Positions 1 to 9,146 of a DNA stretch of 64,000 bases are shown here, piece after piece. The notes under the pieces are model-generated. The model worked only from the letters and a program-made list of their open reading frames with translations, made no database searches and was not told where the DNA came from. The DNA is from Alphaproteobacteria bacterium (GTDB lineage: Bacteria; Pseudomonadota; Alphaproteobacteria; JAAXGF01): contig CAUVXB020000001.1 in NCBI GenBank assembly GCA_963555825.3, positions 1,920,001 through 1,984,000 of the forward strand. The letters are read 5' to 3'. A program made the translations under genes and the position numbers. Within the stretch, counting starts at the first letter, position 1. The number at the start of each line of letters is the position of its first letter.

Positions 1-103
1 AATGCCGGTGGCGGGAGGCGTCCACAGAATCGGAAGGTGACACGCGAGAATGGGTGCAATTGTCGTGCCAAACGTACAAAATCGATGCCGAAGGATTTAT
101 GGA

Positions 104-991
104 ATGGCGCAACGGCGACAAGACATCGAGGCGTTCGTGCGGCACCTCTTCGTCGAAGTCGAGGCCGCCGAGGCGGCGGGGATGATTGCGCCCCAAGCCA
201 TCGCCGATCATTTCAACGCCAAGGGCGTCACCACCCGCAAGGGCCGGCGCTGGACCGGCGCGACCGTGGCCAAATTCCTCGGCAGCCCGGGCGCCAAGCG
301 CTACCGTTCGGGTGGGAAAGCGGGGCGCACGGTGGAGCCGAAGGGTAATCCCGACAAGCCGTCCTACGCGCTCGATAAAGCACAATTGCGGCACATTTCG
401 GAAATAACCATCGGCCATTATGACCGGACGGCCGAAGATTACTGGGACGGCACTCGAAATCACGATGTCGGCCAGAACTATGAGGCGCTCTTGGAAGCGA
501 TCGAGGGCGCGCCCCCCTATGCCATCCTCGACTTGGGTTGTGGGCCGGGACGAGACTTGCATTTTTTTCGGTCGTCGGGCCATGACGCCACGGGTCTGGA
601 CGGATCGATGGCGTTCGTCGCCATGGCGCGCCGTTATTCCGGGTGCGATGTGCTGCACCAGAATTTTCTCGCGATGAATTTGCCGGTGAACCGCTTCGAC
701 GGCATTTTCGCAAATGCGTCGTTGTTCCACGTGCCGAGCCAGGAATTGCCCCGGGTGTTAGCGGAACTCGCCGATTCCCTGAAGCCCCGGGGCATCCTGT
801 TCTGCTCCAACCCGAGAGGGAACAACGAAGAAGGCGTCAGCGGCGACCGCTTCAGCTGCTTCCTCGATCTTACCACCTGGCGCGATTTCGTCACTGATGC
901 CGGGTTCACGGAGTTAAGGCATTACTACCGCCCGCCCGGACTCCCGCGCGACAAGCAATGGTGGCTCGCTACGGTCTTGCGCAAAGGCTGA
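104..991 (+). CDS. Class I SAM-dependent methyltransferase with N-terminal recombinase-type DNA-binding-like domain
   Basis: ILDLGCGPGRD SAM motif and FDGIFANASLFH; N-terminal QAIADHFNAKGVTTRKGRRWTGATVAKFL resembles the serine-recombinase Recombinase domain; ATG 104 follows AAGGA (track ORF starts at 50). Confidence 0.8.
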   Translation: MAQRRQDIEAFVRHLFVEVEAAEAAGMIAPQAIADHFNAKGVTTRKGRRWTGATVAKFLGSPGAKRYRSGGKAGRTVEPKGNPDKPSYALDKAQLRHISEITIGHYDRTAEDYWDGTRNHDVGQNYEALLEAIEGAPPYAILDLGCGPGRDLHFFRSSGHDATGLDGSMAFVAMARRYSGCDVLHQNFLAMNLPVNRFDGIFANASLFHVPSQELPRVLAELADSLKPRGILFCSNPRGNNEEGVSGDRFSCFLDLTTWRDFVTDAGFTELRHYYRPPGLPRDKQWWLATVLRKG

Positions 992-1124
992 GTATGCTCA
1001 CTCTTCAAACACGCTGTCGGCGGGTATGGCTCCGGAAACTGATCGAGACAGGGTGGTGAGACAAGACCCGGCGGAGCCGCATTTTCTCAAAACCGGGATT
1101 GTCCAACCGCAATAGTTGCTCGGG

Positions 1125-2837
1125 TCAAAGGGAGCGGAACGGTTTGATTCGTTCTGGGGGCAAGTGGTCGTATGCGGGCAGCGTGGTGAGGCGTTCATCC
1201 TCCACGGCTCCGCCGACCGTGAAGTGATAGAGGCTCTGCCAAGCATCGTCCCCAAGGTCGATGTCGAGCAGTCGATGTACGAAGTCGTCGAAGTAGCAGC
1301 CCATGCCGGTTGAGCGCACGCCGGCCGCCTCGGCCTCGAGGTACAGCACCTGGCCGATCAGGCCAGTTTCCCAGAACAGGCGGCGGTATGCCCACGCCCC
1401 ATCCTCCTCAAGAGTGCGCGCAAAGTCGGCCACCATGCCCAGGCTGAAGGCGCTGTCGCCGGCGATCGCCTGGAAGCAGCTTGCATGCGCGGCAGCCTCG
1501 CGACAGTCCCCCAGGGCTAAGGCGTAGAGCGGTATACCGCTCGACACGACGTGCCCCCAGGCGAATCCATCGTGACAGGCGGCCCGGAAGGCGTCGAGGC
1601 GGGCCTCGTCACGCATGAGAACGTAGAGGCCGGGCGAGAGCCCGTCGATCCTGTGCACGAACAGGCACAAATGGATTCGCGCGGGAAAGTCGGCGGCCGT
1701 CCACGGCGGGTGGGGCCGATCGGGCAGCGTACGCGCAAGCATGCCGAAGAACACATCGATCGACAGCCCGGTTTGCCCATCCATGTCGACGGCGCTCCGC
1801 CGTTGACGGATGATCGCCGCCGCCCGTGGAACATCACGCATCGACCGTGGTGCAGGCGTAGTGGTTGCCGCGTAACCGCGCAGCGGGAGCGGCGCCGTCG
1901 GCGGCTTGACGGTGGCTGCCTCAACGGCTGTGATTGCCGGCCAGTCGACGCGGCTTGGGCTAAGCCGGTTCGCCGTTCCCGTCCAATGACCGGCGCGCAC
2001 GGCGGCGACCGCGCCCTCGGCCAGGCGCCGAGGCGCCGCTACGGCCGGGTCGGTTACCACCGCCGCAATCAAGTCGGGGTGCTCGGCCTCGACACCGGCG
2101 AAATCGGCAGCACGGTCGAGGCCGAGTAGTCCGGCGACATCGGCGTCGGAGGGTGCCGACAGGAGTTCGGCGCGCCAACCCAGGGAAGCGGCGGCGAAGC
2201 ACAATGCCCCGAGCGCGTGGCCCGCGTCGTGCTGACAATAACGGTAGGCGCGCTCGCCGTACTTCCAGGCTTCGCGCCAATGCACCGATGTGAGGCCGAC
2301 GAGGAAGGCGCCGGCCGGCAGCCCGGCAACGAGCGTCCTCCACGCCGGTTCGTCAACGGCGCAGCGCTGTTCGAGCGCGTGTTCGCTTGGTGCGTAGTGA
2401 TACACGCCGGGGCGATCCGAGAGCTCGGCGAGCACGGGCAGCACGACATAGCCCTCGGTCGGATGCAGGTTGCCGCTCGACGGGTTACTGCGCAACGCCC
2501 AGCGCGTTCCCTGGAATGCCTTCCACGCGGTGAGCCCGAGCGAGAGTTCGAGGAACAGGCCGAGGCTCTCGGCGGTCAGCGGCCGAGGCGATATTCGCTG
2601 GGAACGGAACAACTGGTCGTATGGCGGCGTGCCGTCATCGCGCACCAGTGGCAGCTCGATCATGCGGGCGCCCGAGAAGCGGCGAAACGGGTCGGGTTGG
2701 TTGGCCCAGTCCATGTGACCCGGTCCCGGCGCGTAACGCTGGGGCATGTGCTTGGTGCGCTGGTGGTAGGCGCGCACCTGCGCAACGGCGTCAGGAACTC
2801 CACGGATGGCGCTGGATCGGCTCAAAATGGTCATCAC
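1125..2837 (-). CDS. SagB/ThcOx-family dehydrogenase (tandem nitroreductase domains)
   Basis: YHQRTKH, LRSNPSSGNLHPTEGY, WKYGERAYRYCQHDAGH, RQRRSA, LYLEAEAAG motifs. Confidence 0.85.
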   Translation of the reverse strand: MMTILSRSSAIRGVPDAVAQVRAYHQRTKHMPQRYAPGPGHMDWANQPDPFRRFSGARMIELPLVRDDGTPPYDQLFRSQRISPRPLTAESLGLFLELSLGLTAWKAFQGTRWALRSNPSSGNLHPTEGYVVLPVLAELSDRPGVYHYAPSEHALEQRCAVDEPAWRTLVAGLPAGAFLVGLTSVHWREAWKYGERAYRYCQHDAGHALGALCFAAASLGWRAELLSAPSDADVAGLLGLDRAADFAGVEAEHPDLIAAVVTDPAVAAPRRLAEGAVAAVRAGHWTGTANRLSPSRVDWPAITAVEAATVKPPTAPLPLRGYAATTTPAPRSMRDVPRAAAIIRQRRSAVDMDGQTGLSIDVFFGMLARTLPDRPHPPWTAADFPARIHLCLFVHRIDGLSPGLYVLMRDEARLDAFRAACHDGFAWGHVVSSGIPLYALALGDCREAAAHASCFQAIAGDSAFSLGMVADFARTLEEDGAWAYRRLFWETGLIGQVLYLEAEAAGVRSTGMGCYFDDFVHRLLDIDLGDDAWQSLYHFTVGGAVEDERLTTLPAYDHLPPERIKPFRSL

Positions 2838-2867
2838 ACTGCAGAACGGCGCGTCGGGCTGACCGAC

Positions 2868-3470
2868 TCAGGTCAGGAAGGTTGCGACCAACTCCTCGAG
2901 CCGCGCCTTGGCGTCCTCGAGGATAGGCTCTCCATCACCGACGAGCAGCGAATCAAAGTCGAGATCGAGGAGCCGGCGCACGCTCTGCCTTAGGCGCTGT
3001 GGGTCGTCCATCACCTGCTCGCGCAGCAGCCCACAGCTGCCCGGTGGGTTGCCGATCACTGCATCGCCGACGATGAGAAGACGCCTCTCCGGCCAGTGGA
3101 GCGCCACCTCGCCGGACGATTTTCCGGGGACCTCGACCACCACGAGCGGTCCGATGGCCTGCCCCACCGCGAGCGCATCATCCAGCAGGGCGCCCTGGTC
3201 TCGCGCGTGGGGCGCGTCGTCCGGATGAATGGCGGTTCGCGCGCCGGTGCGCTCGCGCACATTGTTGGCTGCGCGCGAATGGTTGCGGTTGGTCACCAAT
3301 ATGCGGGCGACGCCCAAGCGGGCGATCTCATCGAGCCCCTCTTCCCCAGGCTCGACGGGGTCGATGCAGAGGTTGCCTTCGGCGTGCCGGATGAGGTGGC
3401 CGTTGAAGTTGTACCCGTGGGGCTCGGAAAACCACGGCCAGGTGAAGATATCGTTCAAGATTTCCCGCAT
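2868..3470 (-). CDS. Metallo-beta-lactamase-fold protein with degenerate metal motif
   Basis: LCIDP, ILVTNRNHSR, VPGKSSGE, LLIVGDAV, LLVGDGEP align to MBL-fold motifs, with several His replaced. Confidence 0.75.
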   Translation of the reverse strand: MREILNDIFTWPWFSEPHGYNFNGHLIRHAEGNLCIDPVEPGEEGLDEIARLGVARILVTNRNHSRAANNVRERTGARTAIHPDDAPHARDQGALLDDALAVGQAIGPLVVVEVPGKSSGEVALHWPERRLLIVGDAVIGNPPGSCGLLREQVMDDPQRLRQSVRRLLDLDFDSLLVGDGEPILEDAKARLEELVATFLT

Positions 3471-3654
3471 TCTGCAGCCTCCTTCGGCGCGCCAGAATCA
3501 TCCTTCCATGCCGCATGCCGCCAAATCTTAGCGTTCGGACGGCTTGCGCGAGAGGCGAGCGATGGCTCGTGCATACGAGGCCCCGACCGAAGGAACAGGT
3601 TGCCTACGGTTCGCCGAATGGGGGGAAGTTTGCTTGTGCAATTTCGAGCTTGCA

Positions 3655-3996
3655 TCACGAGCCGCCCGCCGAACCCGGTTTGGGGCTGAAGTACTTCATC
3701 TTGTCGGGCACGTCCCGCCACGCGTCGGCGTCGGCGGGCGGCGTCCCCATGCGCGTGATGTTGGGCCACTGCTCCGAATAGTCGCGGTTGAACTCGACCC
3801 ATTTGGAGACGTCGCCCTCGGTATCGGGCAGGATCGCCTCGACCGGGCATTCGGGTTCGCAGACGCCGCAATCGATACACTCGTCGGGATGGATGACGAG
3901 CATGTTCTCGCCCTCGTAGAAGCAGTCGACCGGGCACACCTCGACGCAGTCCATCAGCTTGCATCTGATGCAGGAATCGTTAACGATGTACGTCAT
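3655..3996 (-). CDS. fdxA: 7Fe ferredoxin (FdxA family)
   Basis: [51 protein letters not shown]. Confidence 0.95.
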   Translation of the reverse strand: MTYIVNDSCIRCKLMDCVEVCPVDCFYEGENMLVIHPDECIDCGVCEPECPVEAILPDTEGDVSKWVEFNRDYSEQWPNITRMGTPPADADAWRDVPDKMKYFSPKPGSAGGS

Positions 3997-4044
3997 GATC
4001 CTTCTCCCGTCCTCGAACGGGCGCGCCCGGCCCGTGACCAAGAT

Positions 4045-4158
4045 CTAGAGCGCGAGCCCCCTCTTGGCCACCTCGAATCCGAGTGTCCGGTAGAACCGTA
4101 CCGCGCGCGACATGTCACGGGTCGCCAGTGTTATGGCACTGATGCACTCGATGGTCAT
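4045..4158 (-). pseudogene. Truncated VOC/glyoxalase-family N-terminus
   Basis: MTIECISAITLATRDMSRAVRFYRTLGF matches the first VOC beta-alpha-beta unit; stops after 37 aa. Confidence 0.65.
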
Positions 4159-4189
4159 ACGCGCATCGTAGCAAATCTGCCGTCGAGGT

Positions 4190-4338
4190 TCGTTCTGGTC
4201 AAGCGCCTGCACGTCGACCCGACCCGCCGGCTGATCACGATCTCCTGCGACAGCACCAACTACCCGCCGCTCGCGCCCGTCGAACCCAGCGACGTCGAAG
4301 TCGCCGGCCGGGTGATTTGGGTCGGGCGGCGGTTGTAG
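4190..4338 (+). pseudogene. C-terminal remnant of S24 peptidase (CI/LexA-like phage repressor)
   Basis: VLVKRL...ITISCDSTNYPP...VEVAGRVIWVGRRL-stop is the typical S24 tail; no plausible start or HTH domain; left coordinate approximate. Confidence 0.7.
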
Positions 4339-4406
4339 GCGGGCCGGCGCATTCCTTTCGCGAGGGGCCGCATCATGGGGTGGAGGATGAGCTATAACCG
4401 AATCTT

Positions 4407-6207
4407 GACGGGGCGGTAAAAAGTTGTTGGCCGATGGCGTGCTTGTACAGGTCTTTGCGGTTCGGTGAAGAATATTTGCCTGTCTCCGCGTTGCTGGTGG
4501 ATAAAACCTGATATTACCTACCCTTGGCTTCTCCTTGGCTTCGTTTTTTATGGTGCGATTGCCGCGCAGCGTCGGATATTGAGGCCGAGGGCACGCAGAT
4601 TGACCACGTAGCGCATGGCCGGCATGCCGCGAATGCGTAGGTGAGCCAGGTTCATCTGGTACTTTAATCGCGACATGGTCGCTTCTATGCCGGCCCGCCA
4701 TCTGTAGACGTTGCGGAAGGCATCGCTTTGTTCATAAAGCCGGCGCTTTTGGTTGGCAGCCCTGGCCGGGGTATATTGAAAGCGGGAAAATTGGCCGTCA
4801 CGCTTGGCCGCCTGCACGGGACATCGCAGTATATCGGGACATTTTTGGCAGATGGAGAGGTCGAAACGGGCCTGCAGCTTGGCTTTGGCGAGCGAGGCTG
4901 AAACCGGTTCGACGTTATTGGGACAGCGCAAGACCAAGCCTTCTTCGTTGAGAGTGAAATCCTCCAACGTCAACCGTCCCGAGACGGCGCCTTTCGGCGG
5001 TCGTGCGGGCGCCACGAGATTGATGTTCTGTTCGCGCGTCAGAGCCATGTTGTCACTGGAACCGTAATGTGAATCACCCAGCATCACCGCCGGCGTCAGC
5101 GCGCGCTCGCTCAGATCATCCAGCGCATCGGCTAAGCGATGGCCGTCATGCACCGTCATCTTGTGGACCTCCACGTGGGTGATGAGGTCCGGTGTCGCGG
5201 CAACCGCCTCGTTACTGACATCTTCACAATAGGTTTCGACGATCTGCGCCATGTATCCTTGACCCTTGTGCGCGTTGTAGCTCGCGTCCGGGTCGGCCGG
5301 ATTGCCGACGGTATCGCACGGCACATCCTTTGGATCTCGAATCGCGGCGCGCGTTGCGTCACGATCGCCATACTCATCATCAACGATCTCGAACTGATCG
5401 CGCAGAACCCTCTCCAGGATCGCAAAACTGAAAAGCTTTGCCGCCGCCGTGTCACGGAATTGCAGCACCAGGGCTAGGAGATACTGACCCGCTTCGCCGA
5501 GGCGCCGTTTTGAAACACTCGGCGCCGTATTCGCGAACGCGCCATTACCCTCGCGATCGACATAGCGGCGGATCACCTCCTTGCTGATCTGCTCGTGCAG
5601 ACCGGGATGATATCGCTCAAGCTCACGGGCAAACTTCGAGATGCTCTCAACAACGATACCAAGTCGTGTCAGCGCCCGCATTGCCGAACGAAGGGCCGTC
5701 GAATCCATGCGTTGGTGGCTGGTATCGACAGAGAACCCCTGCACCAGCCGATCCGTCAAACACCGGAACAGCAATTCATCGAGACCTTGTTCGATAAACA
5801 GACGGCGATAGTTGCGCAGGGTTTTCTCACAGAAATAGCTGTCCGCTTCGCTGCGCACGTCCAAGGCATAGTGCCACGCCATATTGAAGGCCAGGGCCTC
5901 GACGGTCTCTGCATCGCTCAGATCGTGCAGCTGCTGCAAAAGCAAGACCCCGATGACAACGTGTAGATCCTTCGATGGTCGGCCCATGCGTTCATCAAGG
6001 TGACGGCAAAGATCGTCAACCGGAAGTTCGACAAGCAGATGGTTCCGAAAAACCCCGGCCCAGGATTGCTCCATCAGGCGCCGACGTTTGTCCCCGAAAT
6101 CGGACCAGCGATCAAACAATTCCCCAGTCCGTCGGTCGCGTAAAGTAAACATGCACAATTATAATCCAGCCGACTCTCATGAGGAATCGACTTTTTACCG
6201 CCCCGTC
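4407..6207 (-). mobile_element. IS1182/IS5-like insertion sequence
   Basis: Perfect 17-bp TIR GACGGGGCGGTAAAAAG (4407-4423) / CTTTTTACCGCCCCGTC (6191-6207); 7-bp direct repeat GAATCTT at 4400-4406 and 6208-6214. Confidence 0.92.
4548..6158 (-). CDS. DDE transposase, IS1182/IS5-like
   Basis: GRPS...LLLQQLHDLSD (DUF772-like), RMDST, DPDAS, GDSHYG, YRWRAGIEATMSRLK. Confidence 0.88.
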   Translation of the reverse strand: MCMFTLRDRRTGELFDRWSDFGDKRRRLMEQSWAGVFRNHLLVELPVDDLCRHLDERMGRPSKDLHVVIGVLLLQQLHDLSDAETVEALAFNMAWHYALDVRSEADSYFCEKTLRNYRRLFIEQGLDELLFRCLTDRLVQGFSVDTSHQRMDSTALRSAMRALTRLGIVVESISKFARELERYHPGLHEQISKEVIRRYVDREGNGAFANTAPSVSKRRLGEAGQYLLALVLQFRDTAAAKLFSFAILERVLRDQFEIVDDEYGDRDATRAAIRDPKDVPCDTVGNPADPDASYNAHKGQGYMAQIVETYCEDVSNEAVAATPDLITHVEVHKMTVHDGHRLADALDDLSERALTPAVMLGDSHYGSSDNMALTREQNINLVAPARPPKGAVSGRLTLEDFTLNEEGLVLRCPNNVEPVSASLAKAKLQARFDLSICQKCPDILRCPVQAAKRDGQFSRFQYTPARAANQKRRLYEQSDAFRNVYRWRAGIEATMSRLKYQMNLAHLRIRGMPAMRYVVNLRALGLNIRRCAAIAP

Positions 6208-6295
6208 GAATCTTGTGTACGGCGTTGAAATGAAGGCGGCGTATCCTGGTGATTGTTGATGTCACCACTTGAGCTAAGCCAAGGAAGGATACGCC

Positions 6296-7540
6296 ATGAA
6301 AGAGAATACCGTTGTTGCTTTTCAAAACCCATCTGATTTTCAGAAAGATCCGTTGACGGAAGTCCTACAAGCTGGAGCTCGCGAGTTGTTGGCCCAAGCC
6401 GTTGAGGCCGAGGTCTCCGTGTTTTTGGGTAGCCATGCGGCGCTTGTTGACGCCGCCGGCCGCCGCCGGGTTGTCCGCAATGGATATCTGCCGGAACGCT
6501 TCATCCAGACCGGGATCGGCCCGGTGAGCGTGCGCCAACCCCGTGTGCGGGACCGGGGGGACGGCGCCATCCGCTTCACGTCGGCGATCCTGCCGCGCTA
6601 TCTGCGCCGCGCCAAGAGCCTGGAAGACCTTTTGCCATGGCTGTATCTGAAGGGCATTTCCACCGGCGACTTCGGGGAAGCCTTGGCGGCGCTCCTGGGG
6701 AGCTCCGCGCCGGGGCTTTCGGCCTCCACGATCACCCGGCTGAAAGAGGTCTGGGGGGTTGAGGCGGAGCGCTGGCAACGGCGCGACCTCACGGCCAAGC
6801 GCTACGTCTATTTCTGGGTGGACGGCATCTATTTCAGCGCCCGCATGGAGGAAGAGAAGCAGTGCATCCTGGTGATCGTCGGGGCCACGGACAAGGGACA
6901 GAAGGAACTGATCGCCATCGCCGACGGCTATCGCGAAAGTGAGCAGTCCTGGCTCGAAGTTCTGCTCGATCTCAAGCGGCGCGGCCTTGAAATGGGTCCG
7001 CAACTGGCGCTCGGCGACGGCGCGCTCGGCTTCTGGAAGGCGCTCCGCCAAGTCTACCCAGGCGCCCGCGAGCAACGCTGCTGGGTTCACAAGACGGGCA
7101 ACGTCTTGAACAAGCTGCCCAAGGGTCTGCAAAAGAAAGCCAAGGGGCGCCTGCAAGACATCTGGATGGCCGAAACCAGGAAGGATGCCGAGAGCGCCTT
7201 CGACTTCTTCCTGGAAGCCTACGGGCCGAAGTACGACAAGGCCGCGGCCTGCCTGGCCAAGGACCGCGACGTCCTGCTGACGTTCTACGACTTCCCCGCC
7301 GAGCACTGGAAGCATGTACGCACGACCAACCCCATCGAGAGCACGTTCGCCACGGTTCGTCTGCGCACCTACCGGACCAAGGGCTGCCTGTCGCGCAAGA
7401 CGGCGATGGCCATGGTCTTCAAACTATGCCAGTGCGCTCAGAGAAAATGGAGAAAACTCGATGGATCGAACCATCTCGCCGAGATCATTCGCGGCGTCAA
7501 ATTCGTAGATGGAGAACGCCAGGATCGCGCCGCCGCATGA
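6296..7540 (+). CDS. IS256-family (Mutator) transposase
   Basis: RNGYLPER, LYLKGISTGDF, YFWVDGIY, GDGALGFW, QRCWVHK, RTTNPIESTF. Confidence 0.96.
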   Translation: MKENTVVAFQNPSDFQKDPLTEVLQAGARELLAQAVEAEVSVFLGSHAALVDAAGRRRVVRNGYLPERFIQTGIGPVSVRQPRVRDRGDGAIRFTSAILPRYLRRAKSLEDLLPWLYLKGISTGDFGEALAALLGSSAPGLSASTITRLKEVWGVEAERWQRRDLTAKRYVYFWVDGIYFSARMEEEKQCILVIVGATDKGQKELIAIADGYRESEQSWLEVLLDLKRRGLEMGPQLALGDGALGFWKALRQVYPGAREQRCWVHKTGNVLNKLPKGLQKKAKGRLQDIWMAETRKDAESAFDFFLEAYGPKYDKAAACLAKDRDVLLTFYDFPAEHWKHVRTTNPIESTFATVRLRTYRTKGCLSRKTAMAMVFKLCQCAQRKWRKLDGSNHLAEIIRGVKFVDGERQDRAAA

Positions 7541-7633
7541 TCAGCCCATACACAACTTTTGACAATAGCTCGTGGAGGATGAGGGGGCAGCCTCTACTGA
7601 TGACAGGTGGCCGCGTCCGCATTAACATTCCAT

Positions 7634-8989
7634 ATGGATATTCGCAACGACGAGCCGACACTTGTCGACCAATTGCGCCGAAAGTCCCTGGTCTCCCAGG
7701 TCGGCCGCGCGGCCGCGATCTGTTCCCCGCCGCAGGTGCTGGGGGTGCATGGCGACTGGGGGCTCGGCAAGACGAGCTTCCTGCAGCAGGTGCAGTACTA
7801 TCTGAGTGGAATCTGCGCCGCCCAGAGCAAACAAGAGCTGGCGAATGCGAGGAACAACGCTCCGCGCATTGATCTCAATCTTCGAGACCGCACCACCGTC
7901 GTCTGGTTCGAGGCATGGCGCTATCAACACGAAGAGAACCCGATCGTCGCCCTGCTCCACGAGATGCGGGGGCAGCTCGAATGGGCGGCCAAGCTCAAAC
8001 GCGGGATCCGCAAAACCGCAGAAGTAGCGTTCCTTGGCACACTAATGTCCATGGAGTCAGTGACCAAGAAAATCGGCCTTCAGGCATCCAAAGTCCGTGA
8101 GGAAGGGGAGCGCTGGGAGCGCGAGAACCTGGCGGTCAGCTTGCCCGCCCACACGATCCGGACGCTCTTGACCGAAGTGATCGGGCAATTGATCGGCCGG
8201 GAGGGTCGGGGTCCAGCCCGGAAACGCCGCCTCGTCGTGATCATCGACGACCTGGACCGCTGCGAGCCGGCAGCCATCGACCGGCTGCTGGAGGGCCTCA
8301 AGCTGTATCTCAGCATCGAGAATTGCGTCTTCATCCTCGGCATGGACCAACGCCAGGTCATCCGAGCCATCGCCGCCATGCAGCCGGAATCCCAGGAAAA
8401 CCAGGACCGCTTGCGTTGGGCTGCGGATTACTTGGAGAAGCTTTGCCAGAACGTCTGGCGGTTGCCGAGCATCGCCGACCCGAAGGACTTCCTTTGCCGG
8501 AAGTTGCCGGCGGGGTCGTTACGCGACAGGGTTGACACGGCGATCGGCGATATCAGGTGCCTGCCGGGTAACCCGCGTCGGCTCACGGGGCTCGCCAACC
8601 TGGTACTACGGCTGGACGGGCGGCAAGGCCCCGAAGGGGATCATATCTACCAGACCCGTCTCATGCTTATCGTTGCCTATGTCTACCAGTTCCATCCCGA
8701 TCTTTATGTACGCTGGCGATACGACCCGGATTTCTTTGAGCTCATTCTGGATTGGGTGAAGGGCACAGGCCAACGTACCGGGCCCTTGGAGAACCTGATA
8801 AGACCGGACAATTACATCGCCGAAGACGAGACACCCACACCGAGGGGCGCCACCGAGGAGGTGCGAAAATTGTATCCGGACCCGTCGGCGAGCAACGTCT
8901 TCTGGATTCAGCGCCTGATCGTCGCAATTATCAAGGACGTCCAATGGGAGCACTTCAAGCCCTACTTCTCCGAACCGGAAGAGAAGTGA
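7634..8989 (+). CDS. KAP-family P-loop NTPase
   Basis: Walker A VLGVHGDWGLGKTSFL, VWFEAWRY, Walker B LVVIIDDLDRC, FILGMD, YLEKL, NPRRL; no obvious transmembrane helices; ATG 7634 chosen over GTG 7607. Confidence 0.9.
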   Translation: MDIRNDEPTLVDQLRRKSLVSQVGRAAAICSPPQVLGVHGDWGLGKTSFLQQVQYYLSGICAAQSKQELANARNNAPRIDLNLRDRTTVVWFEAWRYQHEENPIVALLHEMRGQLEWAAKLKRGIRKTAEVAFLGTLMSMESVTKKIGLQASKVREEGERWERENLAVSLPAHTIRTLLTEVIGQLIGREGRGPARKRRLVVIIDDLDRCEPAAIDRLLEGLKLYLSIENCVFILGMDQRQVIRAIAAMQPESQENQDRLRWAADYLEKLCQNVWRLPSIADPKDFLCRKLPAGSLRDRVDTAIGDIRCLPGNPRRLTGLANLVLRLDGRQGPEGDHIYQTRLMLIVAYVYQFHPDLYVRWRYDPDFFELILDWVKGTGQRTGPLENLIRPDNYIAEDETPTPRGATEEVRKLYPDPSASNVFWIQRLIVAIIKDVQWEHFKPYFSEPEEK

Positions 8990-9146
8990 CCCTAGGCAAT
9001 TGCCAGGCCCCATCGAGCGTGCCGTCTTCCCCCCATGAGCACCCCCGGGGGCGATGGCACGCTTGTGGGCGAGTCGGCCGGGGAAGACCGCCCCGCCCCG
9101 GATTCTCTCCTTCCCCGCGGTCGATGGCGGAGGGACTCAGGGTTCC

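Larger units (their letters stand above)
4389..7571 (+). mobile_element. IS256-family element with its left TIR interrupted by a second IS
   Basis: 9-bp direct repeat GTGGAGGAT at 4380-4388 and 7572-7580; rejoined left end GAGCTATAACCGAATCTTGTGTACGG vs reverse-complemented right end GAGCTATTGTCAAAAGTTGTGTATGG. Confidence 0.92.

Noticed and set aside
1125-2837. SagB-like dehydrogenase as part of a RiPP (azole peptide) cluster
   Set aside because: No YcaO cyclodehydratase, precursor peptide or transporter nearby; stand-alone members of this family are common
7559-7590. Outward-facing TTGACA in the IS256 right end as a hybrid promoter for the KAP gene
   Set aside because: The sequence 16-18 bp downstream (GAGGGGGC) is not a credible -10 box
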